Shown here in pieces: positions 37,440-49,927 of a DNA stretch of 64,000 bases. Made by a program: the position numbers and the translations under genes. The stretch's first letter is position 1, and the number at the start of each line of letters is the position of its first letter. This stretch comes from Mobula hypostoma (lineage: Eukaryota). The stretch is from the NCBI RefSeq assembly GCF_963921235.1, contig NC_086107.1:108688001-108752000 (forward strand). Reading direction: 5' to 3'. The notes beneath the pieces were generated by a model. That model was not told the origin of the DNA. It made no database searches and saw only the letters and a list, made by a program, of their open reading frames with translations.

Positions 37440-38070
37440 CAATGTTAACATTGATTTCAAGAGGACTAGAATGTAAGTAATGTTGAGGCTTTACAAAGCA
37501 CTGGTGAGGCCTCACTTTGAGTTTTGTGAGTAATTTTGGGCCCCTTATCTTAGACAGGATGTGCAAACACTTCAGTGGGTTAAAAGGAGGTTCACAAAAA
37601 TGGTTCCAGAATTGAACAGCTTGTTATATGAAGAACGTTTGATGGCTCTGGGTCTGTATTCTGTAGAATTCAGAAGAACGAGGGGTGACCTCATTAAAAC
37701 CTATTGAATGATGAAAGACCTTGTTAGCGTGGGAGTGGAGAGGATGTTTCCTGTGGTGGGAGAGTCTAGGAACAGAGGACGCAGCCTCAGAATAGAGGGG
37801 TGTTCATTTAGAATGGAGATAAGGAAAAATTTCTTTAGCCAGCGAGCGGTGAATCTGTGGAATTCTTTGCAACAGGCAGCTATGGAGACCAAGTTTTTAT
37901 GTATATCTAAGGCACAGATTGATAGATTCATGACTGGTTAGGACATGAAGGGATCCAAGGAGAAGGCAAGAGATTGGGGTTGAGAGGGAAAATGGATCAA
38001 CCATAATGAAATGGAAGAGCGGCCTCTTTAGGCCAAATGGTTTAATTCTGCTCCTATATCTTATGGCCTT
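37440..38070 (+). mobile_element. CR1 3' fragment; similar fragments near 30960-31475(+), 41970-42590(+), 52290-53475(-), 58850-59155(+), 63031-63450(+)
   Basis: YK.LVRPHLEY..QFW / RRRMRGD / FFTQRVV..WN.LP motifs. Confidence 0.85.
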
Positions 38071-39984
38071 ATATGTCACTATATACATCCCTGAGATTCA
38101 TATTCTTGCGGGTATTCACAGTAAACACAAAGAACTAAAAACAAAACAAGCAAAATCACTTCCCCATTCTGACGTTTGGTCTGAACAACATTTGAACCTC
38201 TTGACAACGTCTGCATGCTTTTATGCATTGACTTGCTGCCATATGATTGGCTGATTAGATATTTGCATTAACGAGCGGGTGTACAGGTGTACCTAATAAA
38301 GTGGCTACTGAGTGTAGTTCTGTGTTCAGTTTTGCCCTTTCTTGGGGCATTGATGCCCCTTCTTAGTGGGGCAGGTGCTTAGGGACTGTCTGCCATTATA
38401 CCAGGAACAAGAATATGCCACCAATGCAATTTTTCAGCAATGGGGTTTTCACCTTTGTATTTTAACCACAATGTGGAAGCTAGCAGTGGATGGAACTCTC
38501 CAGTCTATTTTTCCACTTTTTCCATCAGCTTGAAAACAAATCCTCATGATCCTTCAATCACTAAAGCCATTTGGAAACCAACCCCACATCACAATATCTA
38601 CCAACTCTCTCCAATCACAAGGAAGTAGGAGCAGGAGTAGGCCTCAAGCCTAACCCGTCCCGTTTCAGTATGATCATCGCTGAACCTTGCTAGCCTCAAT
38701 TCCTCTTCTGCACCAATTACCCGTAACTCTCAACCCTCATACTCTCTCCACCGAACAATCTGGCGATTGCTCTAGGTTTGTGATGTTTATCTAACGCTGC
38801 AACACAAGCATGCTGGGGGAACTCAGAAGGCCAGGCAACATCTATGAAGAAAAGTACAGTCGGCGTTTCAGGTTGACATCCTTCGGCAGGACTGAAACGT
38901 TGACTGTTTACTCTTTTCCATAGATGCTGCCTGGCCTGCTGAGTTCCTCCAGTGTTTTGTGAGTGTTGCTCAGATTTCCAGCAACTGCAGATTATCTCTT
39001 GCTCGTCGACAGCTTCTCAAGAAGGAAGAGGATTACAAGAAATATATGGGACAGTTCTAGGGAAGGGAGAACATGGCGTAGGTATAGAGCAAAGCTTCTT
39101 CTAAACTGTCCTACTGAATGCTCCCTGGGCAGGGAGTATATGCATTAGATACAGAGTAAAACTTCTTCTAAAATATCCCATGAAATACCCCCAGGGTAGT
39201 GCTATCATGGGTTGGGTACAGATTAGACTTTCCTCTGTACTATCCCACAAAGCACTCCCAGGGCAGGGATAACATGGGTTCGGTACAAGGTAAAGGAAAG
39301 TGACCTGACTTCTTCCCTTAAAAATAACTTCAGGAAAGCGCTTTTTCCTGCACCACTTGACAACTTCAATGAGAGACACCGGCAACCCCTTATGTATGAG
39401 ATGATTTGCTAACTCCAGTACTCTGCAAAAGTCTTAAGCACATATTTATATATATAACCAGGGTGTCCAAGTGTTTTCAACAGTACTGTAGTAATTTTAT
39501 TTTTTGCACTGTACTGTTGTGGCAAATAAAAAACAAATGTCATGATATCTGTGAGTGAAGATAAATCTGATTCTGATATTGTGGACTGAGAGCGGGAAGG
39601 GAATCATGGTTGGGAAAGGGGGAAAGGAGAGGGAGGGAGTGGGGAGCACCAGAGAGACATTCTGTAATGATCAATAAACCAGCCGCTGGGAATCAAATTA
39701 CCTTGTTGGGTGTCTCAGAGCTGGCTGAGTCACAACCATGCCCCCCGAATGCCCCTAGAACCAGCAGTCCCACACCACTCCAGCATCGTTCCACCCTCAC
39801 CATTCACAACACCCTTTGCTCCCGCCAGATTTACAAACTCGCTCTTTGCTCCACATTGGCAAAACAGTGCTGTGCAAAAGTCTTAGGCACACACTCACAC
39901 ACGTATCTATATCTAAGACTTCTGCACATATGGTCTGGATGGCCCAGCCCTGAGTGCTTTCATAGATCACTATCAAAGAACAGG

Positions 39985-40490
39985 TGTCCGGGGGAGAGGG
40001 TGTATGGGATATTTAGGGAGAGATAGCACCTCCAATGAAGGGGCTTTATGCGTCCAATCTGGGGCAGCGCACTCACCTTTGGTCCGCACCAGACAATCAG
40101 CTCTCACCGGTGGCTCCAAGTAGCTGTTTGCCTGGGACGGCGGCTACATCCCCGTGCACCCCGGTGAGATGGGGACACGCCTATCCTAGCAGGTGAGGTC
40201 AGCTCCGGCGGACTGGGTGGATGAGATCAACGGCGAGGTCCAACGGTCAGGAAGGCGGTTCTGCAAAGTTCCACTCAGAGCGAAGGGCGTGACAAGGTAC
40301 AGGAGACGTCACGGTCATCCACTGCAACCAAGGAAGACCCCAGTTGTGACGGCCACTCGTACCACTAGACCTGGCCTTCTGAGGTTGAAAGAGTGGGGAA
40401 CTGCTCCACGGCAACAGCATTTCCACATTAAAAACTCTCCTGCACGGGTCCCTGTCGTTGTCGGATACGACAAACAACCAACATCAATAG
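39985..40490 (+). mobile_element. Bipartite RTE-derived non-autonomous element, copy 2
   Basis: Homologous to 2873-3357; ends GTCGTTGTCGGATACGACAAACAACCAAC. Confidence 0.65.
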
Positions 40491-43400
40491 ACAGCAGAGT
40501 GCACTAATCCAGTTAGACTAGATTCCAATGATGACTCAGGTTGTTGAAGAGTCTAACTTGTTGCACCATCCAATTGGACACCTATTAATAATAAACAACC
40601 CTCTGACAAGGTAGCTGGCCCAGATCCTTGCTCTGGCCTGAAGTTCCACACGTTATCCATCCCTTATCAAATCCAGCTCTCTGTCATCTTGAAGAGAACC
40701 GCCTGGTGCCATGGAGATAATCTTGGCTCAAGCTACAGCTAGCATTGGCTTCCAAACCCGAGTGAAGAATTGCAGGATTGGCCACACGCCACTGTCAATA
40801 CAGACAAACCCAGCGACAAGTCACGGAGAGATGCCAACCAATGCAATCTGCCAGTCTCCTTCACACCTCTTGCCAACATCCCACCTGTGACGGTTGGCAG
40901 TCGCAGAGTTGTGATGGATGGTGTAAAGATACCAGTCAACCACATCCCTCCTCCGGTGGGAGTGAAGGGAGTGGGTCAATATCAGCTAGTAGTCTTGATT
41001 CCCTTCTTCCTCGTGTCCTTAGTTGTCTTGGGGCAATGGCTGTGTGTTGTCTAGGATATAATGGTAGCTTCACAGTAGCATAGTGGTTAGCACAACGCTT
41101 TACAGTACCAGCGACCCGGGTTCAATTCCTGCTGCTGTCTGTAAGGAGTTTGTAGGTACCCCCCCATGACAACCCTCCGGGTGCTCCGATAGTCCAAAGA
41201 CATAGCGGTTGGTAGGTTAATTGGTCGTTTTAAGTTGTCCCATGATTAGGCTGGGGTTAAATCAGTGGGGTGCTGGGCAGTGTGAAGGGCCAGAAGGGCC
41301 TATTCGAATCTGTGTCCCAAAGTTCAAAGTACGTTTATTATTAAAGTATGTATACTTTATACAACCTTGAGATTCACCTCCTTGCAGGCAGCCACAAAAT
41401 GAAGAAACCCAATTGAGCCCATTTTTTAAAAAAGAGAAAAGAAATCTAAATAAATAAAGATAGATAGATAGATAGATAGATAAATAAGTACATAACCAGG
41501 AACAGGAAAGAGCTTGTCGGAGGTGAGAGACTGGAGTTACTCACTGGCCCAGACGCAGCACAGAACACAGAATAGTAAAGGCCAGAAGCAGGCCTTTCTG
41601 CCCACAGTGTCTCTGCCAAACATGAAGCCAACCCAAGCTAACTCCATCTGCCAGCACATCCTTCTATTCCCAGCCTGGACATGTCCCTGTCTAAATGCCT
41701 CTATTGTGTCTGCTTCCATCACTCCCCTGCCAACATGGCACTATGTAAAAAAAATCTTGTCTTGTAATTCTCCTTTAAAGTTTTCTTCCCTTACAGTTGA
41801 GTCCTCCGGTATTTCAAAGATTCAAAGTATGAATGCAGCATGCAACCCCAAGATTCATTCTCCCACAGTCAGCCACAAAACCACGGAACCCAGTCAAAGA
41901 AAAAATACATTAAACTCTCAAATGCGCAAAAAAAGAATAAATCATGCGAATGGCAAAAAAAAACAAGCAAAAAGCTTATGGGGTGTTAGCTTTCATAAGT
42001 CGAGGGATTGAGTTTAAGAGTCGCGATGTAATGATGCAGCTCTATAAAACTCTGGTTAGGCCACACTTGGAGTACTGTGTCCAGTTCTGGTCACCTCACT
42101 ATAGGAAGGATGTGGAAGCACTGGAAAGGGTACAGAGGAGATTTACTAGGATGCTGCCTGGTTTAGAGAGGATGGATTATGATCAGAGATTAAGGGAGCT
42201 TGGCTTTACTCTTTGGAGAGGAGGAGGATGAGAGGAGACATGATAGAGGTGTACAAGATAATAAGAGGAATAGATAGAGTGGACAGCCAGCGCCTCTTCC
42301 CCAGGGCACCACTGCTCAATACAAGAGGACATGGCTTTGAGGTAAAGGGTGGGAAGTTCAAGGGGGGTATTAGAGGAAGGTTTTTTACTCAGAGAGTGGT
42401 TGGTGCGTGGAATGCACTGCCTGAGTCAGTGGTGGAGGCAGATACACTCGTGAAGTTTAAGAGACTACTAGACAGGTATATGGAGGAATTTAAGGTGGGG
42501 GGTTATATGGGAGGCAGGATTTGAGGGTTGGCACAACAATGTGGGCTGAAGATCCTGTACTGTGCTGTACTGTTCTATATTCTATGTTCCTAAAAAACAC
42601 ACAATATAAAACTCAAACCACAAAGTCATCGAAACAGCTCAGTTCAGTTCAATTTAGTGCTGTGTCTTTCACTGACTGCAGGCCGCAAAGCTAGTCCACC
42701 CTGATCAAAACTACATAAAATAGCAACAAATAAAAGGAGCGACCAGAAACCAGAAACACATCATAACGTGAACAGTCCCACCTTGGGAAGGAAAGGGTCC
42801 AGCATCTCATAATTTCATTAACTTCCATCAGGTCATCCCTTCAGCCTCTAACACACCAGAGAGATCAACCCTCGTCTCCTTGTAGCCAGCACTCCCTAAT
42901 CTAGGCAACACCCTGGTGAGCCTCTTCTGCACCCTCTCCAGTGACTCCACGTCCTGTCTGTAATACAGGGATCAGAACTGCACGCAATATTCCAAACGTG
43001 GCCGAATTAAAGTTTTACACAGTTGCAACATGACTTTTATACACAGTACCCTGACCACTGACAGCAAGTATGATGTGTGCCTTCCTTACCATAGATGATG
43101 ATTTGCCCCCACAGAACCTGTGGGTCCTGATAAGGTCACAACAGGACCTTCAGATTGGGCACTCTGATGGGGCAAGAATTATTTTGCGGGGAAAGGGGAT
43201 GGGGGTTTGGAATTCGGCGCAATCTTCATGGCATTTATACTGAATAATGTTGGGAGATTTTCTTCTCCAAAAGGGCATCAGTGAGCCACATTGGCTTAAT
43301 CCATTGAGAAGGAATCTACTGAGCAGTTAATCTTGAACAAACAGTGATCCCCAGGGATAAACTGTTGCTTTGTGTAAGGAGCTAGCTTTACAATGACCTG

Positions 43401-43879
43401 AATCATAAACCAGACCTCAGTCCGTAATATTACACGGGCAGCGGTTTCCTTTGCGGAAAAAGCGCGGTACTCAAGAGGCGACGAAGCAAAACTTGTGCAG
43501 AGATGCTTTGGCTCTGCTTCTCATGGTAGTTTTAAACTTGTCACCACGGTACTGTTGCAGTTAGCACGACGCTAATACAGCTTGGTGGGGTTAGGGATTT
43601 GGAATTCGCTTCTGCCGCTGTCTCTAAGTTTGTCCAGTCTCCCTGTGAACCGCGTGAATCTCCTCCTGCATTCCAAAAGACGTACTGGTTAGTAGGTTAA
43701 TTGGCCATTGTAAATTGTCCCGTGATTAGGCTAGTGTTGGGCAGTGTGGCTCAGTGGGCTGGAAAGGCCCGTTCTGCCCCGTATCTCTCAGTAAAATAAA
43801 TTAATCTCTCTCTCCGAGATTCCGCTGAAGTGAATGACAAACTCGATTTTGGTCAACTTCAGTGAGCAGCAAAACGCAC

Positions 43880-43922
43880 CTAGGCAGATGAGATCGCAGC
43901 TTTGCAATCTCAGTTAATCCCT
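43880..43922 (-). CDS. Candidate small exon (xGLTEIAKLRSHLPx)
   Basis: Strong acceptor CATTCCTTCTCTCCAG| and donor TAG|GTGCGT in unique DNA; partner exons unknown. Confidence 0.3.
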
Positions 43923-44385
43923 CTGGAGAGAAGGAATGCTTCATCTCACACAGAATAAAAAATAAACAACAAATTATAGGAAAGGACTTGCAGGAAAATG
44001 TAACAGTTTTCTCTTCAAGACCCTAGACATTTTCCCAACTTAAGTAACTTCAATTAACAGCACTCTAATCACTATGATGACCCAATGTTCTAACTGAGTT
44101 ACAAAAGCGATGAAATTCTAGATATGTAATCATGAGAGTTCCATCCCTTCTATTTAAGACAATGCTTCTTTCTCTTAAACCCTCTGATCTGTTCTTTTCT
44201 GCACGGCCCCCAGGAGTAATGCAGAGGGATATAATTATTCCTGGTCTGTTTGCAGTGAGCTCCCCTAGGTTATGAGAAGTCGAATGATAAAAGATTAAAC
44301 CTTAGACCGTGTATCGCTTGCCTGGTTGAGGATTTTGCTGTGTGTGTGTGTGTGTGTGTGTTGGGCGTGGATGTGTATGTGCATG

Positions 44386-44428
<43 letters not shown>

Positions 44429-44624
44429 CGCGCGTGCATGTGTGTGTGTTCTAAAAAAAGACTTTTTAATGTTAAACCTCAGCAAAAACATATAACAGGC
44501 AAAAGGACATTTTAACTGCCCAATGCCACACTGAGGTTCAAATCCACAGCCATTTAGTATATTTTACCACTCAAATATTCCCAGAATAGTTCATCCCGGA
44601 ACATGGAACTCTGAACGCAATAAC

Positions 44625-45050
44625 TGTCACTGCGTTGGATATGGCCCAAGTACGGAGCGACAGATGCTGAAGCAGGTCGATAGTTCACGGACTTTAATGT
44701 GAACAGAGTTAGAGGGGAAAGGAAACAATAGACGCTAGGCCAAACATGGCCATTGACTGAAACTCTCGAATGGAAAACGAAGCCAACACTGCAGCTGAAA
44801 GGAACAACTAAATATAAAACAAATACTGCTAGTCTTCACAGTCAGTTGACTCGACAGTCCAATCACTCAGGCAGGGCCGAATGCAAACAGGCAGTGAAAC
44901 TTTACTGTGCTTTGCTCAAGTCTCGACAAGAGCTGCGACGAAAAGAATGGAGTTAAATACCATCACAATGAAATAATGATTAGCTGATACGTGCATATTC
45001 ATGAGCACAATTGTCGCATCTGCTGCATGGCTGAATCCATGGTTGTGACA
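44625..45050 (-). mobile_element. Solo LTR, 426 bp (Gypsy/BEL-type)
   Basis: TGTCAC...GTGACA inverted termini with perfect 5-bp TSD ATAAC (44620-44624, 45051-45055). Confidence 0.9.
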
Positions 45051-46180
45051 ATAACAACCAGTTTCTCACCCCTCCCCTCCAGCCCCTGCGACCCATCAGG
45101 ATCACCCTGGTCCTCCAAGATGAACCCTTTGCGCATCTTATACCACCTTATGACACGTCAGGAAAACTATTCTTCCCCGCATCAACTTCCACCACCCAGT
45201 GACTACCTGGGGCAATTCACAGTAACCAATTGATCTGCCATTGGGACGTTGGAAGAAACTGGACCACCTGGAGGAAACCCATGGAGCAGCAGGGAGAAGA
45301 TGCCCCATTCAGAATGTTCTGGAATGCATCAATGGGCAGCATTCACTTATGGACATGAAAAGGCTATGTGGGGAAGGATGATAGAATAGCAAATAAACTT
45401 TTCTCAGGCTTCCAGCCAGGTACAGTTATTGATTATAACTGACCTCTCCATCAGGGATGATTCCTTAGCATTTCTAGTCCGGTGGTATTTATACCCCCGT
45501 CATCCATCCCTCCTGATTGGTCAATCCTCATCCAATCAGGAGGTAGGATACGATAGTACAGATTCCTGAAGCTGCTGATAGGTAGCAACGTTTCCTGAGT
45601 TCCCTTTAAATCGATGAAGATCCTGTTGTTGGCTATAATCTCTTGGGTCTTCCTCTGAGGCATAAGACAGAGGTTAGGATTGAAAGCATGTTACTAGAGA
45701 TGTTGGTTTATTCCAGCACTGGAAGCCGTGTCTTCAGTTACCCTGCACCCAATCAGCAGATGAGATATTTGTCAAGACTTTCGATGAAGTCACGCTAGGG
45801 CCGCACAAGAGATCCCCTGCTTATAATTTGAGGAAGAGCAGTGGAGCGCTTCTGAGTGCCTTGGAGCTAAAAGTTACTTCCCGATAGTGAAGGAGGCCTC
45901 TGTCAGTCAGGGTCAACCATGGATGTTGCACCCAAGCTGTCTAGGTATGCAAGCCTGGGCATTATGATATGGGAAGCAAGGTGTTGCCCGTGTAGCAAGC
46001 TCCCCCTCTTCATGCATCTGATGATGCAAAGCAACAGCAGAGACCGATGCTGTTTGGTACCAGCGGCGTCGCAGGAGTTCCCAGTCAGCATTGAACTCAA
46101 TGTAGGACTGCCATAAGGAATACAGCTCCGGATTTTTACCTCGGGGTTTACTCCCCAAGCTTTTCCCATAAGAGGGTGTA

Positions 46181-47065
46181 GTGGTGGGGCTCATCAGCAA
46201 AAATGATGAAACTATGTACAGGGAGGAGGTCAAGCACCGAGAGAGCTGGTGCAGGGATAACAACTTGATGCTTAATGTCACCAGAACCAAGGAGATGATC
46301 GTCGATTTCAGACGGTCTCAGCCTGAGCACACACCCCTCAGCATCAGCGGCTCCGCAGTGGAGAGAGTGGAAAACATCAAGTTTCTTGGGGTGCAGATCT
46401 CGGACAATCTCACCTGGCCCAGGAACACCACTAGGATTGTGAAACGGGCCCAGCAGAGATTGCACTTTCTGAGGAAGCTTAAACAAGCATCACTCCCCAC
46501 TAACATCTTAACTACATTCTACAGAGGCGTGGTCGAGAGTGTGCTGACCTTTTGCATCACAACCTGGTACTCCAGCTGCAGTGCTGTCGACAAAAAAGCC
46601 TTGCAGAGGGTGGTTAGGGGAGCAGAGAAGGTTATTGGGGTCTCCCTACCTTCTGTCCAAGACCTCTTTCAGAGTCGATGCCTCCAGAAGACACGGTACA
46701 TCATTAAAGACCCCTCACACCCTCTCCATGATCTGTTTGTTCTTCTGCCATCAGGCAAACGTTACAGGAGCATCAAAACTAAAACCACAAGGCTACTAAA
46801 CAGTTTCCTCCCACAGGCAGTCAGACTGCTAAATAGCTGCTCCACCTGACTCTGCTTTTGGACACTTTTAACTTGCACTGGACACTTATAACTGATTTTA
46901 ACTGACATGTGGCTGTTGTGTTTTACTATTTATTGTTATGTTTATTATTTAGTGTTGCATTTGTTATGTTATGATTGCACTGCCCCTGAGAAACGCTGTC
47001 TCATTCTGCCCTGCAGAGCTGATGTACGGTTAGAATGACAATAAAGTTTTTTGAATCTTGAATCT
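46181..47065 (+). mobile_element. Young Rex1/Babar-type LINE 3' portion (open 222-aa RT C-terminus)
   Basis: WCRDNNLMLNVTRTKEMIVDFRR...KRAQQRLHFLRKL...DPSHPLHDLFVLLPSGKRYRS; (GAATCTT)n tail; inserted in an RTE-related SINE. Confidence 0.9.
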
Positions 47066-47243
47066 AGCTGCAAGGCAGCAGAGGTTTGAGATCAGAGTTT
47101 TCCAGTCAACAACGTTGATTATCACATTGCTCATTTTGCAATCTTGTTAGTCTTCTCCGCTCTTTGTGGTGTATTGGCCGGCAACCTTGCCATCTCTTCA
47201 GCATTTTGTCTGTTTTTATAGAGGCTGAGTTACCACTTGTGCT

Positions 47244-47455
47244 GGGCACGTGGCCAAGTGGTTAAGGCGTTCGTCTAGTTACCTCAAGGTCGCTAGTTTG
47301 AGCCTCAGCTGTGGCAGCATGTTTGTGTCCTTAAGCAAGGCACTTAACCACACATTGCTCTACTGTCTGTGCGAGGTATGGCACCCCACCCAGACTTCCA
47401 ATCTGCGCCTTGTAAGGCATGAAAGTGCCCGACGCAGGCCTCTCATGGTCTGAGT
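47244..47455 (+). mobile_element. tRNA-derived SINE (different family from the V-SINE)
   Basis: GTGGCCAAGTGGTTAAGGCG A box, GTTTGAGCC B box, TGTGTCCTTAAGCAAGGCACTTAACC core. Confidence 0.65.
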
Positions 47456-47840
47456 CAACGTTCTCTCCCGAGTTACCAGCTTGACGCAGATGGAAAGCAC
47501 GCGAGGAGCGGACTTGATTTGAACCCAGGACCACCCACCTCGAAGACCAGTGCAGATGCCACTACACCTCCGGCCATTCTGGAATCTTGCCAGATGCAAA
47601 TTGTCTCTCATGTGTCCTGCATGCACTCAGTGCCCATCTCATTAGGTACACCTTTATACCTGCTTGGCAACTAATCTCTTCAGAGCTGCACAGTTTTTTC
47701 TTTGAATTGCTCACCCCTAATTGTCCTCAAACTGGCACAAAGAGTGCTGTGGCTGTGAGAAATCTGAATTAATAAAATGCTGGAAATATTGAGCAGAGGG
47801 AGCATTTAATCTTGTGTAGAGATAAGGGGAATCCCGTGGA

Positions 47841-47918
47841 TTATCTGTGAAGAGAGAACGAAGGGCAATATTTTGGGTTGATGATCATTCCAAGGTATCT
47901 CTTCGTAAACCAGTAAAC
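47841..47918 (-). CDS. Candidate terminal exon of an unidentified minus-strand gene (VYWFTKRYLGMIINPKYCPSFSLHR*)
   Basis: Acceptor CTTCTACGCAG|, phase 0, ATTAAA about 30 nt after the stop; a competing strong acceptor at 47845 gives DNPRDSPYLYTRL... Confidence 0.3.
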   Translation of the reverse strand, partial: VYWFTKRYLGMIINPKYCPSFSLHR

Positions 47919-47958
47919 CTGCGTAGAAGTTGGTAATAGCCAAATGCAGTGTGAAGTA

Positions 47959-48498
47959 CACTTAGTGACCACTTTATTAGGTACCCCTGTACACCTCGTT
48001 AATGCAAATATCTAATCAGCCAATCATGTGGCAGCAACTCAATGCAGAAAAGCATGATGACATGGTCACGAGGTTCAGTTGTTCAGACCAAATATCAGAA
48101 TGGAGAAGAAATGTGATCCAAGTACTCAGACTGTGGAATGATTGTTGGTGCCAGATGGGGTGGTTTGAGTATCTCAGAAGCTGCTGATCTCCTGGGACTT
48201 TCACGCAGAGCAATCTCTAGAGTTTACAGAGAATGGTGTGAAAAACAAAAAAAAAAAAATCCAGTGAGCGGCAGTTATGTAACAAAGGTGCCTTATTAAT
48301 GAGAGAGGTCAGAGGAGAATGGCCAGACTGATTCAAACTGACAGGAAGGCAACAGTAGCACAAATAACCATGCATTACAACAGCAGTGTGCAGAAGAGTG
48401 TCTCTGAATGCACAACATGTCGAACATTGAGGTGGCTGCTAAAGACCACGAACATGAGCTCAGTGGCCACTTTATTAAGTACAGCAGGCCACTGAGTG
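47959..48498. mobile_element. Tc1/mariner-derived MITE; partial copies near 38160-38316, 51499-51590, 62280-62565
   Basis: TIRs CACT(C/T)AGTG(G/A)CCACTTTATTAGGTAC flanked by TA. Confidence 0.75.
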
Positions 48499-48552
48499 TA
48501 CTTTCACACTGGGACAACCGTGGACTGCTCCTCGAAGAACTGCACAGTCTAC

Positions 48553-48667
48553 CCGAATCCTGATGGTCTTTCCAACGGAAGGAGACTTCCAAAACCGAAG
48601 CAGCCCATCGACGCATTCCAGCATGTTCTGAATGATGTACTGGAACTTGGTGTAGCCAATGAAAAGG
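48553..48667 (-). CDS. Candidate exon (SLFIGYTKFQYIIQNMLECVDGLLRFWKSPSVGKTIRIR)
   Basis: CCTCCACACACAG| ... CGG|GTAGAC; phase 2 to 0 fits both neighbours; weakened by a rearranged paralogue at 45300-45390. Confidence 0.3.
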
Positions 48668-49100
48668 CTGTGTGTGGAGGGGGGGAGGATGATAGTCTAG
48701 GGTCCTGAGGCTGCTGATAGTAATGATTCCTGATTCACTTCTAAGTGAATGAAGATCCAGCTGTCGGCTGTGATCCCGTGAGTCTTCCTCTGAGGCTCCA
48801 GTGTTCAAAGCAAATTCGTTATCAAAGCTACATCTGCTACCGCATACTACTTTGAGTTTCATTTTCTTGCAGGCATTTAGAGGAAAACATACAATAAAAT
48901 TTACGAGAAACTGCACGCGGACATACAAAAACGGACAAGCAACCCATGTGCAAAAAGACAATAAGCTGTGCAAAGAGGAATAAAATAACAATGAGAGGTT
49001 GTAGCTCCTCGACAGTCAATCTGCAGCTTGAAAAATTTGTTCAGAGTCGCAGTGACTGAGGTTATCCGTGCCATTTCAGGAGCCTGATGGTTGTAAGGTA

Positions 49101-49927
49101 TGACAGAGAGCACTTGGTAAACGTGCCCCTTCGACACACACATCAACGTTGCCTTGTCATTCTGCTGTCATTGCACGTCAGTATCTTCCCCGGTTTATTC
49201 TCATAATGGGTCCCAAATTGACCTGATAGGCACGGTTGGCTTTGTGGTTCCATTCCTTCAGTAATGGGGATATGTAACTGTGTATATGTTGTTTGTCTAC
49301 TGTATTTAAGGGAGATATTTCTGCTTATTCTGTAATATGATTGTAACTACATTGTGGGGTGCATCATATGCCAATTTAACTTAAGTAGTCATAAGTTAAC
49401 TTTGTGGGTAATTAAAAATGGTGTTTCCTGGTGTGGTAAACCATATATATGTTGTAACTGGGTTACCTGTCTGGACACGCCCCTCTGCTGACTGCTCCTG
49501 TGGCTCCTCCCACAGACCCCTGAATAAAGGCGATTGTGCCACTGCTCCTCCCTCAGTCCAGGACAGATACTCAGCATGGACGTTGGCCCATTTACTCTTA
49601 ATACAAGCCTTTCAGTATTTACTCTACTTCCAGTCTTTTGGAGTAATTGATAGTGCATCACCTAGTGCCTATAAAAACGGAGGCTCTTTGCCCTCAATAG
49701 GGGAAAGATATGGGGGCTGCCAGGAGTTCTTACTGGACTATAATAAACACAAAGTTATTATTGTGTTTTCTGGTTGATATCTTCTTGTAAGTATTAGTAG
49801 ATTTCTTTTCACTATTTCTGCTCATTTTTGTAAGTTTGATTTTTGATGCACCTAATAAATGCCCTTGCACTAAAGTGCTAAGTGACTCCAACCATTTTTC
49901 CTTTGGTCATAACGCACATTTCTAACA
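49101..49927 (+). mobile_element. Solo LTR (same family as 59445-60272) containing a nested solo LTR
   Basis: TG...AACA termini; end-to-end homology with 59445-60272; inserted in a Rex1-type LINE. Confidence 0.7.
49432..49660 (+). mobile_element. Solo LTR, 229 bp (Gypsy-like)
   Basis: TGTGG...CATCA; 5-bp TSD CCTGG/CCTAG; absent from the sister copy near 60025. Confidence 0.8.

Noticed and set aside
40500..41060. Unique-looking region with short ORFs (CRIGHT, LANIPP resemble I/Ingi-clade LINE motifs)
   Set aside because: Motifs are isolated, in different frames and not in a convincing order; cannot be assigned
48296..48991. 231-aa minus-strand ORF
   Set aside because: Runs across a LINE tail, the duplicated segment and a Tc1 MITE; a composite chance frame
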